NCBI GenBank assembly: GCA_046583315.1
Contig: JAYGCN010000034.1
Location: 1-64,000 of the forward strand
Length of the DNA stretch: 64,000 bases
Direction of reading: 5' to 3'
Source of the DNA: Candidatus Hydrogenedentota bacterium
GTDB lineage: Bacteria > Hydrogenedentota > Hydrogenedentia > Hydrogenedentales > GCA-2746185
The stretch's first letter is position 1; each line of letters opens with the position of its first letter. The translations under genes were made by a program, and so were the position numbers. The notes under the pieces were generated by a model. It worked only from the letters and a program-made list of their open reading frames with translations. It had not been told where the DNA came from and did no database searches. Positions 31,138 through 41,883 of this stretch are shown piece after piece.

Positions 31138-31274
31138 CCTCCCCTCTTCGCAAACTACGAACATAGAGGTTACCCGAAGATCGAGAACCTTTGTACTGCA
31201 ACACGATCAATCTCACATCGAAAAGTGCTCGACGTTACCTAAACACCTGAGGCGAACTGAAAAGGAAAGGTACG

Positions 31275-31643
31275 ATGATACATCCCTTAATATTCGCTGC
31301 TCCCTGTGCCGTGTTTGAGATAGTAACGTTCTATTGGTGGCATTGGCCATATAGACACTTGTTACCTGAGCGATTTCGCAAGCTTCTACTTTTCAAGGGA
31401 TTCATGAAAGGAATCACCCTTGTGATCCTTACCTGTTTAGTTGCGCTGTATTCCCTACCACTCGCCTGGCTATACGCCATCGCCCACACCTTGTTTGGTA
31501 TCGCATTCCACGTGCTCTGGTGTCGAAAACGAGCCATCAATCCGATTACGGTTCAACCCCGAAGGGAATATGTACTGGCGACGACAGCTTGGGTAGATCG
31601 ACTTGTGAAATTGGAAGAGGCTAGGCAAAACGCAAAGAATTGA
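31275..31643 (+). CDS. Hypothetical membrane protein
   Basis: 122 aa, hydrophobic, AAGG RBS, H-x-x-WC-x4-INP motif. Confidence 0.55.
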   Translation: MIHPLIFAAPCAVFEIVTFYWWHWPYRHLLPERFRKLLLFKGFMKGITLVILTCLVALYSLPLAWLYAIAHTLFGIAFHVLWCRKRAINPITVQPRREYVLATTAWVDRLVKLEEARQNAKN

Positions 31644-31851
31644 CCTCCAATACCCCGACAAACGACAGGACAATCGCGGCGGCTATCCACAGCTACCGAT
31701 CTTGGATGGATTAGGTGCCACTCAATCCGTGTCAATGCCTTTTCTATTTGCCTTGATCGCGGACGGCCTTCCGCGAGGAACAACTATGAAGATGACAAGC
31801 TTCCTTGAAAGAATGGGGTGGCGCCAATAAAACTGATTTACCCTTTGAACG

Positions 31852-31884
31852 AAAAAGCCCGGCCTGCGTCTCCACAGGCCGGGC
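31852..31884 (-). terminator. Rho-independent terminator downstream of prpC
   Basis: GCCCGGCCTG-8 nt-CAGGCCGGGC stem followed by TTTTT on the minus strand. Confidence 0.75.
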
Positions 31885-31915
31885 GAAAATTCTCATCACC
31901 ATCCTGAAATGCTTT

Positions 31916-31967
31916 GGCATTTCCCGGCTTTTCTTTGGTTACTTTCTTTTCTCGAAAAGAAAGTAAC
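31916..31967 (+). repeat. Short palindromic dispersed element, copy 2
   Basis: GGCATTTCCCGGCTTTTCTTTG then perfect GTTACTTTCTTTTC-TC-GAAAAGAAAGTAAC palindrome; related to 10677-10743. Confidence 0.6.
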
Positions 31968-33088
31968 TAGCGGTCACCGATTGCAGGTACCGGTCGTTCC
32001 TTCGGGCCGGTGTAGATGCTGAGCGGACGGTAGATGCGGTTGTCTTCGGTTTGTTCGATGATGTGCGCGGCCCAGCCGGTGACACGGGACGCTACGAAGA
32101 GCGGCGTGTAGAGGTCAAGCGGGAGATCCAGCAGGAAGTAGGTCAATCCGCAGGGATAATCCACGTTGGGGAAGATTTTCTTCTCATTGACCATTGGTTC
32201 CTTGATGGCGTCGTAGATAGCCATCCAGTTTTGTGCGCCCTTTTGTTCGGTCAGCTTCCGCAGTTCCGCTTCCAGGATTACCGCGCGGTGATCGCCGTTT
32301 TTATAGACGCGGTGGCCGAAGCCCATGACCTTGTCCTTACGCTCAAACGCCGTGCTCAACCATTCACCCGCTTCTTCAGGCGTCTTGAACCGTTGCAGCA
32401 TTTCCATCGCGGCTTCATTCGCACCACCGTGCAACGGACCCTTCAGCGCGCCAATCGCTCCGACTATCGAAGATGTCATGTCAGACATCGTCGACGTAAT
32501 CACGCGTCCGGTAAACGTCGATGCATTAAAATCATGTTCCGCATAGAGTACCAGCGTAAGATCAATCAAACGTTCCGCCAATGCATCCGGCACTTCACCA
32601 TGCGACTGATACAGAATCTGTGCGGCATGCGACAAGCCCGGTTTCGGGTCCAGCGGCTCATTACCATTCAGCAAACGATAGCGTGCAGCGATAATCCCGG
32701 CTATTTGCGCCGTCAACCAGATGGCCCGCTGACGTTGCGTATCGGAATCTTCACCATCGGTCGGGTCAAAATGCCCCGCATACGAAACCATGCTCCGCAA
32801 CACATCCATCATCGGCGTATCATTCGGAATCTTGCGCAACGCATCAATAATCGCGCCATTCAGAGGACGATATTTTTCCAGCGACGCGTTCAGCTCATCA
32901 AGCTGAACCTGATTCGGCAAATACCCAAACAGCAGCAGATACGCGACTTCTTCAAAGGTCGAGTTCTGCGCCAAGTCTTCAATCGCATATCCACGATACA
33001 GCAACACACCCTGATCCACACACGCGATAGACGTTTCACCGGCGATCACTCCGGCCAATCCCGGACTAAATGTTTGTTCTTCTGACAT
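31967..33088 (-). CDS. prpC: 2-methylcitrate synthase (citrate synthase family)
   Basis: EHDFNASTF, GPLHGGANE, GFGHRVYK, PNVD; downstream of prpB. Confidence 0.9.
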   Translation of the reverse strand: MSEEQTFSPGLAGVIAGETSIACVDQGVLLYRGYAIEDLAQNSTFEEVAYLLLFGYLPNQVQLDELNASLEKYRPLNGAIIDALRKIPNDTPMMDVLRSMVSYAGHFDPTDGEDSDTQRQRAIWLTAQIAGIIAARYRLLNGNEPLDPKPGLSHAAQILYQSHGEVPDALAERLIDLTLVLYAEHDFNASTFTGRVITSTMSDMTSSIVGAIGALKGPLHGGANEAAMEMLQRFKTPEEAGEWLSTAFERKDKVMGFGHRVYKNGDHRAVILEAELRKLTEQKGAQNWMAIYDAIKEPMVNEKKIFPNVDYPCGLTYFLLDLPLDLYTPLFVASRVTGWAAHIIEQTEDNRIYRPLSIYTGPKERPVPAIGDR

Positions 33089-33130
33089 ATCTTTCTCTCT
33101 CCTTCTTGGTATGAATCAATGAAACTTAAA

Positions 33131-33994
33131 CTAACCAATGGGTGTATCGACTTTTCCGCCGTACCCCAATAAATCATACAATTCCTGACGCGTCTGCATT
33201 TGGTCGAGTGCCCCTTCGTTCGAGCCCGTCTCCTTGATAATCTGTAACACATTCTCCATCGCCTTCATCGCGGTGCGCTGTAAGGTGACAGGGAAAATAA
33301 CCATGTTGTACCCCATCGCGCCGAACTCATCAACCGACAGATACGGCGTCGTTCCAAATTCCGTCATGTTCGCGAGCAGATAAGTATCCAGTTCCTTCGC
33401 GACCCGTTCGAATTCCTCGGCACTGCGCAGCCCTTCCGGAAAAATCGCGTCCGCACCCGCTTCCAAATACATCTGCGAGCGGCGAATCGTCTCATCCAGG
33501 TCAACCACGCCACGCGCATCACACCGCGCCATGACAATGAAGTCGTCCGACGTCTTCGCGTTCACCGCAGCTTCAATCTTCACGCAAAAATCTTCCGCAG
33601 GCACCAATTCCTTGCCAGCGAGATGGCCGCAACGTTTTGGGAACACCTGGTCTTCGAGATGAATCGCGCTTACGCCAGCCTGTTCCAATACCTGCACCGT
33701 GCGCGCCGTATTCTCTGCTTCACCATACCCGGTATCCGCATCAGCCAATATAGGAATCGTCGTCGTGCGCGCAATCGCCGCAGAATGGGCCTCCGACTCC
33801 GAAAGCGTCGACAACCCCGTATCCGGCATGCCTACGACACTATTCGCCAGAACCGCGCCCGATAAATACATCGCCTTGAAACCCATTTGCTCAATCAACT
33901 GTGCACTCAGCGCATTAATGGCACCCGGCATAGACACACATCCCGCGTCCAGCAAAGCACGAAAAGCAGCTGATCGTTCGGCAGAAGAAAGCAC
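33131..33994 (-). CDS. prpB: Methylisocitrate lyase
   Basis: YLSGA, DADTGYG, EDQVFPKRCGH, NMTEFG; GTG start at 33994. Confidence 0.92.
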   Translation of the reverse strand: MLSSAERSAAFRALLDAGCVSMPGAINALSAQLIEQMGFKAMYLSGAVLANSVVGMPDTGLSTLSESEAHSAAIARTTTIPILADADTGYGEAENTARTVQVLEQAGVSAIHLEDQVFPKRCGHLAGKELVPAEDFCVKIEAAVNAKTSDDFIVMARCDARGVVDLDETIRRSQMYLEAGADAIFPEGLRSAEEFERVAKELDTYLLANMTEFGTTPYLSVDEFGAMGYNMVIFPVTLQRTAMKAMENVLQIIKETGSNEGALDQMQTRQELYDLLGYGGKVDTPIG

Positions 33995-34140
33995 GTTACT
34001 ATTCCCTTTGAAAATACTCGAACAGAGGCCTAACAGAGGCTTATAGGATGCCAATCTACCATAGGCAATGTCAAGAAGAGGGCCAATATCCATTGACAAA
34101 ACCAATACTAGGTATTGGGCGTTATTGCCCTATTCGTTTC

Positions 34141-34614
34141 CTAGGGTGATACCAATCCGAACTGTCGATAGTGGTGGTTATTGTGTACGCCATGCGCGTG
34201 CGCCCAACGTCGAAGCGGCACATGGCCGAGCAACGGATGAATGTGTTTCTCCTTAAGATGGGCGGCGCAATACAATACGAAGTCCTGCATTGCGTTCAAC
34301 AGTTTCCCCTGTTCCTCGGAAAAACTCCCAACGTCATCCGAGATAAACATCGGTAACGACTTCAATTTACCCTTCTTCCAGATAGTGAATAAATCGAAGA
34401 AAATCCACCCCGCCACATCCCGAATAATCGGAGGCGCGATCAACGTCATCTCATTATCCGGATCATCCAGCGAGAGCTCAATCGTACGCCGCAGATGCCA
34501 CATCATCGGTTCCACCGACATCTCCCCCCACAACCGATCCGTATCCGCCCTCAACGCCTGCACGTTCTCCTGATGATACGCAAGATTCTCTAGGGTCAAA
34601 TCTAAAATCGCCAC
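34141..34614 (-). CDS. DUF1569/DinB-like protein
   Basis: WGEMSV-x-MMWH, HPLLG, HNNHHYRQFG. Confidence 0.8.
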   Translation of the reverse strand: MAILDLTLENLAYHQENVQALRADTDRLWGEMSVEPMMWHLRRTIELSLDDPDNEMTLIAPPIIRDVAGWIFFDLFTIWKKGKLKSLPMFISDDVGSFSEEQGKLLNAMQDFVLYCAAHLKEKHIHPLLGHVPLRRWAHAHGVHNNHHYRQFGLVSP

Positions 34615-34634
34615 AGTGCAGCCTCCCTACTCGA

Positions 34635-34919
34635 TTAGACTTCCGGATTATGAATGACTTTCTTCCAACGCGACGCCTTCACCGATGAAAACAGTCCCGC
34701 CGTGACATACGGGTCATTCTCCATATACGCCTCCAGCGCCGCATCATCTTCACAGTCAATAATAATGACGCTTCCGTTCATCGTCTCGCCATCTTCGGCA
34801 AAGGTCGGTCCTGCGGTAAATACGTTAAAATCCGCAATATAATCAAGATGCGCCTGACGGTTCGCCATGCGAATCTCAAGACTGTCCGGTTTATCCTCAC
34901 ACTGTATACAGTAAAGCAT
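34635..34919 (-). CDS. YciI-family protein
   Basis: R-AHLDY, AGP, GSVII, DPYV. Confidence 0.88.
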   Translation of the reverse strand: MLYCIQCEDKPDSLEIRMANRQAHLDYIADFNVFTAGPTFAEDGETMNGSVIIIDCEDDAALEAYMENDPYVTAGLFSSVKASRWKKVIHNPEV

Positions 34920-35072
34920 GTTCTCTCCTTCGTTGAGATTGCTCCTTTGTCAGCCCAGACTCTAACACAGCGATCTGGTGTTCGCATAACACCCCAATTG
35001 TATGAAACTACGAAGTATGATAGTCTGGTAAACTTTCCAAAGCGACAACACGACCGGAGTAACCAAGCCACC

Positions 35073-35633
35073 ATGGGGCTCACCATAGAATCCTGCGAGA
35101 TACCCGATATTCTCGAAGTCACCTCAGACCTCTTTCCCGATGACCGCGGCTATTTCACCGAATTTCACAACGAGGCCGCTCTTCGTGATTCCGGGTTTGA
35201 GCATACCTTCGTCCAGGACAACCTCAGCCGCTCCTCCAAAGGTGTGCTCCGGGGACTCCACTATCAGCTCAATCCCCACGCCCAAGGCAAACTCGTCCGC
35301 TGCATCACCGGAGCCATCTTCGACGTCGCCGTAGACATTCGCCAGGGATCCCCCACCTATGGCCAACATGTCACACGCGAACTCAGCGCCGATCAAGGCA
35401 ACGCATTATGGGTGCCCGAAGGATTCGCCCATGGTTTTCTTTCCCTGCAGGATGATACCTTCGTCATGTACAAATGCACGGCTGGCTGGGCCAACGGGGT
35501 CGAACGAACCATTCGCTACGACGATCCCGCTCTGGAAATCACATGGCCATCGGAACCCACGCTCGTAAACGCCAAAGATCTCGACGGAAAAACACTATCC
35601 GAAACCGAAAACAACTTCACTTTCAAATCATAA
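35073..35633 (+). CDS. rmlC: dTDP-4-dehydrorhamnose 3,5-epimerase
   Basis: DDRGYF, FVQDN-S, LRGLHYQ, GFAHGF. Confidence 0.95.
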   Translation: MGLTIESCEIPDILEVTSDLFPDDRGYFTEFHNEAALRDSGFEHTFVQDNLSRSSKGVLRGLHYQLNPHAQGKLVRCITGAIFDVAVDIRQGSPTYGQHVTRELSADQGNALWVPEGFAHGFLSLQDDTFVMYKCTAGWANGVERTIRYDDPALEITWPSEPTLVNAKDLDGKTLSETENNFTFKS

Positions 35634-35652
35634 CGAACAAGGATATAGCCCT

Positions 35653-36546
35653 ATGAAAGGCATCGTGCTCTCCGGCGGCGCAGGATCGCGACTCCACCCG
35701 CTCACCCAAGTCATCAGCAAACAGTTACTACCCATCTACGACAAACCGATGATTTACTATCCGCTCAGCACGCTGATGCTCTCGGGTATACGCGACATAC
35801 TCCTGATTTCCACACCCGAAGATCTCCCCCTCTTCAAGCGACTCTTCGGCGATGGCCATCAACTCGGCATCAAGATGTCCTACGAAGAACAAGCCAAGCC
35901 GGAAGGCCTCGCCCAAGCCTTCACGATCGGCGAAGAATTCCTTGCCGGAGAAGCCGCATGCCTCATTCTCGGTGACAATATTTTCTACGGACACCGCATG
36001 ACCGAGACTCTCGTCGGCGGCTCCATGCTCACCGAAGGCGCGCTCATCTTCGGTTACTACGTCAGCGACCCCGAACGTTACGGCGTCGTTGAGTTCGATG
36101 AAGCGGGCAAAGCCGTCGGCCTCGAAGAAAAACCCGAGCACCCCAAAAGTCACTACGCAATCCCCGGACTTTACTTCTACGATTCAGACGTCGTCGAAAT
36201 CGCCAAAAAACTCAAACCCAGCCCCCGCGGCGAATACGAAATCACCGACCTAAATCGCGTCTATCTCGAGCAAGAACGCCTGCATGTGCAAGTGCTCGGA
36301 CGCGGCACTGCCTGGCTCGATACCGGCACCAATCGCAGCCTCATGGAAGCCTCCCAATTCGTGCAATCAATCGAAGAACGCCAAGGTCTCAAAATCGCCT
36401 GTCTCGAAGAAATCGCTCTCCTGCAAGGCTGGATCAACGCCAAAGACGTAGAATCCATCGCCACCGGCATGGGAAAAAGCGCCTATGGGGCCTACCTCAA
36501 CCAACTGATCACTCGCTATAAAAACGAGGGGATCATTCCCGAGTAA
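35653..36546 (+). CDS. rmlA: Glucose-1-phosphate thymidylyltransferase
   Basis: [27 protein letters not shown]. Confidence 0.96.
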   Translation: MKGIVLSGGAGSRLHPLTQVISKQLLPIYDKPMIYYPLSTLMLSGIRDILLISTPEDLPLFKRLFGDGHQLGIKMSYEEQAKPEGLAQAFTIGEEFLAGEAACLILGDNIFYGHRMTETLVGGSMLTEGALIFGYYVSDPERYGVVEFDEAGKAVGLEEKPEHPKSHYAIPGLYFYDSDVVEIAKKLKPSPRGEYEITDLNRVYLEQERLHVQVLGRGTAWLDTGTNRSLMEASQFVQSIEERQGLKIACLEEIALLQGWINAKDVESIATGMGKSAYGAYLNQLITRYKNEGIIPE

Positions 36547-36644
36547 ACCACATAATCCCTCAGCCCATGGAACTTCTCAGATGAATTTCGCATCTACTAT
36601 CTAGTAAGGTACCCAATCACAACGAATTCAAGGGGGTTTCACCC

Positions 36645-37655
36645 GTGCGACAAAGCCATTTCCGCTGTACCGCTCTACTGCTCACCGTCATACTCGCCTT
36701 TAACAGCCAAGCACAAGACGTCGAACCCTGCGCTGCCTTCCCAGGAGCCTTTGACAACTATGAAGACTTCGTATTCACGAAGCTTGATGCCGACGGAGAT
36801 CTCGACGATGATGGACTCCCCGAACAAGCCTCACTCGCGCTGATCGAAGCCGTCGCCTGCATCGATACCACCTCCGATATGAATGATGCGACATTCAACG
36901 CCTACAACATGAACCTTGCCGTCTTCGATCTGGAAGTCGACGTTAATCACCTGCTTCCCTATCGCAACACCATTGCCCTGCTCATGCTGATCGGGGCCGA
37001 CGTGCAAGTCCAACTCAATGCAGCATTGCATGGCGTACTTCTTGGTACCTACGAAATCGTGCAATGTGACGGGGCCGAATGCACACCCGACCCCATTCCA
37101 GAAGTCGACGCATCCGTAGCCCTAATAACACGTTCCGTTGTAACCCGTGCCACAAACGAACCCTACTCAGGCAGCGGTAACCTCGATCAAGACGGCACGG
37201 ATAACGCCACTGAATATTCCAACGTGATAAGCCAGGGAGGTCGCACCCACGACTTCGTCGTAGCCGCCACCAGTCCCAATCTCAACGGTACCGAAGAAAT
37301 TCGCAATCCCGGCGGTTCTAGCAGAGGCGGATGCTTCGTGGCAACCGCCGCATACGGCACGCCACTCGCCAGTGAAATCGATACCCTGCGCATCTGGCGC
37401 GACGGCATGTTACTCGACAACGCATTGGGAACCGCATTCGTGGACACCTACTACCGACTCAGCCCTGCACTGGCCGATGTGATCGCCACGCGCCCCGTAC
37501 TAAAGAACAGTGCACGAATCGTTCTCTATCCCGTCGTGTGGACGCTTCAATTCCCCGCGCTCGGCCTCGCCACTATTCTTATAGCCCTTGCATTTACAGG
37601 TTATTTCATCCTGAAAATATTCATTAAGAGCACGAAACGAGGAGTACAACGATAA
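36645..37655 (+). CDS. Secreted acidic protein with DxDxDG motifs and C-terminal CFI-box-CTERM domain
   Basis: Signal peptide; DADGDLDDDG, NLDQDG; GGCFVATAAYGTP...LRIWRD...FVDTYYRLSP, TM helix, basic tail. Confidence 0.8.
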   Translation: MRQSHFRCTALLLTVILAFNSQAQDVEPCAAFPGAFDNYEDFVFTKLDADGDLDDDGLPEQASLALIEAVACIDTTSDMNDATFNAYNMNLAVFDLEVDVNHLLPYRNTIALLMLIGADVQVQLNAALHGVLLGTYEIVQCDGAECTPDPIPEVDASVALITRSVVTRATNEPYSGSGNLDQDGTDNATEYSNVISQGGRTHDFVVAATSPNLNGTEEIRNPGGSSRGGCFVATAAYGTPLASEIDTLRIWRDGMLLDNALGTAFVDTYYRLSPALADVIATRPVLKNSARIVLYPVVWTLQFPALGLATILIALAFTGYFILKIFIKSTKRGVQR

Positions 37656-37746
37656 AATAGCGAAGGTTCTTGATGTTTGAAATGGAACTGTTTAATATAA
37701 AACGTATATTATACTCCCAAACAGTATTCACACAGACGGAGCCGAC

Positions 37747-40227
37747 ATGCCCAACAAGCCAGATTCCAGTTCATTCTCTCCCATTGCGCGTATATATGAC
37801 GCAACCGTGCTCAAATATCCGCTCATTGTTCTACTGTTAACCGTCATTTTGACTGGCTTTTTCGCCTATTACTCACGCGACTTTCGATTGGATGCCTCCA
37901 GCGACGCCATTGTCCTCGAATCCGATCCCGACCTTCGGTATTACGATGATACCCGCGATTTATTCGGCTCCGACGACTACATCATCATCACAGTAACTCC
38001 ACCCGACGGTCTAAGCCTCATGGACGACGAAGTCCTTACCCCCCTCAAGGCCATGGTTGCCGAATTCGAAGCCCTGGACGACGTAAAATCCGTCACCAGC
38101 ATCCTAAACGTCCCCCTGTTTCACAGCCCCGACATTCCGCTCATGAAACTTTTGGGCAGTTTTCTAGTAGGCGACCCCGCATACCGAACTCTCGAAGAAG
38201 ATGCCGAGCGGGACAAAGTGCTCGCCGAACTGACCACGAGCCCCCTTTACAGCAACTACCTCATCGCCAAGGACGGCACGACGACGGCCGTGCAAGTAAC
38301 GTACAACGATCACCCAGAAGAATTCAGAGAACTACTTGCCAAGCGTACCGCGCTCAAGGATAAACGAAGAACCGAAGCGGGTCTCACATCCGAAGAGAAA
38401 TCCGATCTCGCCAAAATCGAAACAGAATACAAACCGATGTACGAAGACCTAATCGCGCAAAACAGCGAATCAATCGTAGCGACACGTGAAATCGTAGCCC
38501 GATACGGGCACATGGGCGATCTCCACATCGGCGGCGTCCCGATGATCATGGCCGACATTATCAGTTACGTTGAACAGGACATGCGCACCTTCGGGGTCAG
38601 CATCATCATCCTCGTGCTCATCGTACTTACCCTTCTCTTCCGTAATGTCCGGTGGGTGATACTCCCAACTCTCGTGTGTATTCTCACCGTTCTCTTTATG
38701 TTCGGTTACCTCGGATTCACACGCTGGAACGCAACCATCGTCACCTCCAATTTCCCATCCCTCCTCTTCGTAATAGCCCTGGCCGACGTACTCCACGTCG
38801 TCGTTCACTACCGCGAACTACACTCGCGCAACCCCAAAACCTCAAAACGCGAACTCATCCTTCAATCCGCTCGCGACGTCGCCGTACCGTGTTTCTACAC
38901 CTCCGTGACCACCATCGTGGGATTCGGTAGCCTCATCGTCAGCGGTATTCGCCCCGTAATGGATTTCGGTATCATGATGGCCATCGGGGTTGGACTCGCC
39001 TACACCATCTGCTTCGTATTCTTCCCGGCCGCACTCATGCTCTTCCCAAAAGGCGATCCCCCTCCTCAAAAGCTCGGCGAGCTCAAAGATTCACCCCTCA
39101 TGTTCTTCGCACGATTCTCCGAAAAAAACCGTATACTCATCTACGTTGTGAGCATTGCTGTATTTCTGATCGGCCTTATCGGTGCACAAAGAATTCTCGT
39201 CGAAAACAGATTTATCGATTACTTCGCCAAGGACACCCCTATCTATCAAGGGATGACCGTTATTGATAGAGAACTCGGCGGCACTACCCCGCTCGAAGTC
39301 GTATTGGTCGCGGACGAAGACGGCTACTGGATTAAGCAGGAAAATCTCGACAAACTCGCCGAAATTCACACATGGCTCGCCGACCTCCCCCAGACCGGAA
39401 AGGCCATTTCTCCTCACACACTCATCCAAATGCTGGAAAAAACGTATGAAGGAAAGCCTATTCCATTGCCCTTACTAATAAGAATCCTCGACGGGCTGCC
39501 AGACGACATCAGCCAAACAGTCGTCTCACCCTACCTCACCGAAGATCGCCGTCAGGTGCGTATCTCAATGCGGGCGAAGGAATCAGACACGTCCCTCAAC
39601 CGCAAAGACCTAATCGCGACCATTGACGAGTACTTCGCAACCGACCCCGTATTCGACGGGATCGAACCCCACGTCACAGGAATCTTCGTCCTCTACAACA
39701 ATCTACTCCAAAGCCTTTTTACCAGCCAGATTAAATCCATTGCCACCGTATTCTTCATCATCTGGCTCATGTTCGTGGGCCTCTTCCGTTCAATCCGCAT
39801 TGCCACCATAGCCATCATCCCCAACATTCTCCCGGTTACCCTAATCCTTGGCATCCTCGGATGGACCGGAACCCCGCTCGACCTGATGACCATCATGACC
39901 GCCGCCATCACACTCGGCATCGCGGTCGATTTTGCCATTCACTACATTCACCGCTTCAAACACGAGTTCGCAGATAACGGCAGTTACACCGAATCCATGT
40001 ACCGCACCCACAACTCCATCGGTCGTGCGATGTTCTTCACCACAATTTGTATCATCGCCGGATTCTCACTGCTCACCATGTCCAATTTCATACCCAGCAT
40101 CTACTTCGGAATCTTCACATCACTCGCCATCACTGTCGCCTTCCTCGCCTCCGTCACCCTGCTACCGCTCCTGCTCATCGCCTGGAAGCCTTTGGGCCCC
40201 GAAGGCAACGGTACCGCTACCGACTAG
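37747..40227 (+). CDS. MMPL/RND-superfamily transporter
   Basis: Two-repeat RND topology; TTIVGFGSL, GIAVDFAIHY. Confidence 0.9.
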   Translation: MPNKPDSSSFSPIARIYDATVLKYPLIVLLLTVILTGFFAYYSRDFRLDASSDAIVLESDPDLRYYDDTRDLFGSDDYIIITVTPPDGLSLMDDEVLTPLKAMVAEFEALDDVKSVTSILNVPLFHSPDIPLMKLLGSFLVGDPAYRTLEEDAERDKVLAELTTSPLYSNYLIAKDGTTTAVQVTYNDHPEEFRELLAKRTALKDKRRTEAGLTSEEKSDLAKIETEYKPMYEDLIAQNSESIVATREIVARYGHMGDLHIGGVPMIMADIISYVEQDMRTFGVSIIILVLIVLTLLFRNVRWVILPTLVCILTVLFMFGYLGFTRWNATIVTSNFPSLLFVIALADVLHVVVHYRELHSRNPKTSKRELILQSARDVAVPCFYTSVTTIVGFGSLIVSGIRPVMDFGIMMAIGVGLAYTICFVFFPAALMLFPKGDPPPQKLGELKDSPLMFFARFSEKNRILIYVVSIAVFLIGLIGAQRILVENRFIDYFAKDTPIYQGMTVIDRELGGTTPLEVVLVADEDGYWIKQENLDKLAEIHTWLADLPQTGKAISPHTLIQMLEKTYEGKPIPLPLLIRILDGLPDDISQTVVSPYLTEDRRQVRISMRAKESDTSLNRKDLIATIDEYFATDPVFDGIEPHVTGIFVLYNNLLQSLFTSQIKSIATVFFIIWLMFVGLFRSIRIATIAIIPNILPVTLILGILGWTGTPLDLMTIMTAAITLGIAVDFAIHYIHRFKHEFADNGSYTESMYRTHNSIGRAMFFTTICIIAGFSLLTMSNFIPSIYFGIFTSLAITVAFLASVTLLPLLLIAWKPLGPEGNGTATD

Positions 40228-40236
40228 CAGTCTCAC

Positions 40237-41883
40237 ATGGTACGCGTATCCGACATAAAATTACCCTTCGACCACGCCGAGGATGACCTCCGCTCCGCGT
40301 TAATCGAACGACTTGGCATCCCAGGCGGAGATCTGCTCGAGTACACCGTCTTCCGGCGCGCCACCGACGCCCGCAAACGAGATGCCATCTACTTCGTATA
40401 CATGCTCGATGCCACGGTACGCGATGAAAACGCCTGCGCAGAACACCCTCACATCCAACCGACCCCTGACATGGAATACCCCTTCGTCATTCCACCCATA
40501 GACGCTGCCCCTGCGTCCACTACCTCCGAATCCCGCCGTCCCATCGTCGTCGGCCTTGGTCCCTCCGGCATGTTCGCCGCCCTGTTACTCGCGCAGATGG
40601 GCCTGTGCCCAATCGTCATCGAACGCGGCAAAAAAGCCCGCGCCCGTGCACAAGATGTATTCGGATTCTGGCGCAAGAACGAATTCAATCCCAGTTCCAA
40701 CGTGCAATTCGGCGAAGGCGGCGCCGGAACCTTCTCCGATGGCAAACTCACCACCCGCATCAAAAACGAAAACAACCGCGTACGTAAAGTCCTCTACGAA
40801 ATGGCCAAAGCCGGTGCCCCCGAAGAAATTAGGCATCTCGCGAAACCCCACATCGGCACCTACAAAATCATCCGCGTCGTACGTGCACTGCGCGCCGAAA
40901 TCATCCGACTCGGCGGCGAAGTTAGATTCGAGACCCAAGTCACGGATCTCCACATCGATCATGGTCACATTCGCGGGGTTCGGCTCAGCACAGGCGAACA
41001 ATTGGATACCGACCACCTCATCGTCGCCATCGGTCACAGCGCGCGCGACACCTTCAAGATGCTCTACGACCGCGGCGTACACTTCGATGCCAAACCCTTC
41101 TCCATCGGCGTGCGCATCGAACACCCCCAGTCGCTCATCGATCAATCCCAATTCGGGAAATTTTCAGGCGACAAACGACTCGGAGCCGCCGACTACAAAC
41201 TCGTGCACCATTGCAGCAACGGCCGCGGTGCCTACAGCTTCTGCATGTGCCCCGGCGGCACCGTAATCGCCTCCGCTTCTGAACCCGGACAAGTCGTCAC
41301 CAACGGCATGAGTTATTACTCCCGTAGCCTGCCCAACGCCAACAGCGCGCTGGCCATCGACATCTCCCCGGCCGATTTCGGAGACACTCACCCCCTCGCC
41401 GGCGTCGAATACCAACGAATCTGGGAAAAGAAAGCCTACGCCGCCGGTGGATCAAACTATTTCGCCCCCGTCCAACGTATCGAAGATTTCCTCGCGAAAC
41501 GTCCTACCAAAGAACTCGGAGATGTGCAACCCGCCTACACCCCGGGGGTCACGCCCGCCGACCTCAGAGATTGCCTGCCCGACTACATCACCGAAGCCAT
41601 GCGCGAAGCCATCCCGGCCATGGACCGAAAACTCCGCGGATACGCCATGCCAGACGCCATCCTCACGGGAATCGAAACCCGGACGTCGTCCCCCGTGCGC
41701 ATCAGACGCGGCCCTGATTTCCAAAGCATCTCCATTCGCGGACTCTACCCCGCCGGTGAAGGTGCCGGATATGCCGGTGGTATAATGTCCGCCGCAGTCG
41801 ACGGCATCAAAGTAGCCGAAGCCGTCGCGCGCAACCTCAACGCCATGGAGGTGGACGATGGTTCAGTCCCGGAAAAAGCGTAA
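40237..41883 (+). CDS. Uncharacterised FAD-dependent oxidoreductase
   Basis: VVGLGPSG, GEGGAGTFSDGKL, SFCMCPGG, GEGAGYAGGI. Confidence 0.9.
   Translation: MVRVSDIKLPFDHAEDDLRSALIERLGIPGGDLLEYTVFRRATDARKRDAIYFVYMLDATVRDENACAEHPHIQPTPDMEYPFVIPPIDAAPASTTSESRRPIVVGLGPSGMFAALLLAQMGLCPIVIERGKKARARAQDVFGFWRKNEFNPSSNVQFGEGGAGTFSDGKLTTRIKNENNRVRKVLYEMAKAGAPEEIRHLAKPHIGTYKIIRVVRALRAEIIRLGGEVRFETQVTDLHIDHGHIRGVRLSTGEQLDTDHLIVAIGHSARDTFKMLYDRGVHFDAKPFSIGVRIEHPQSLIDQSQFGKFSGDKRLGAADYKLVHHCSNGRGAYSFCMCPGGTVIASASEPGQVVTNGMSYYSRSLPNANSALAIDISPADFGDTHPLAGVEYQRIWEKKAYAAGGSNYFAPVQRIEDFLAKRPTKELGDVQPAYTPGVTPADLRDCLPDYITEAMREAIPAMDRKLRGYAMPDAILTGIETRTSSPVRIRRGPDFQSISIRGLYPAGEGAGYAGGIMSAAVDGIKVAEAVARNLNAMEVDDGSVPEKA

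Noticed and set aside
31683..31691. DnaA-box-like CTATCCACA suggesting oriC
   Set aside because: Single imperfect box; no cluster or unwinding element seen
32051..33085. 344-aa + strand ORF (likewise 20767..21804, 52814..53890, 45079..45855)
   Set aside because: Antisense or off-frame shadows of well-supported genes
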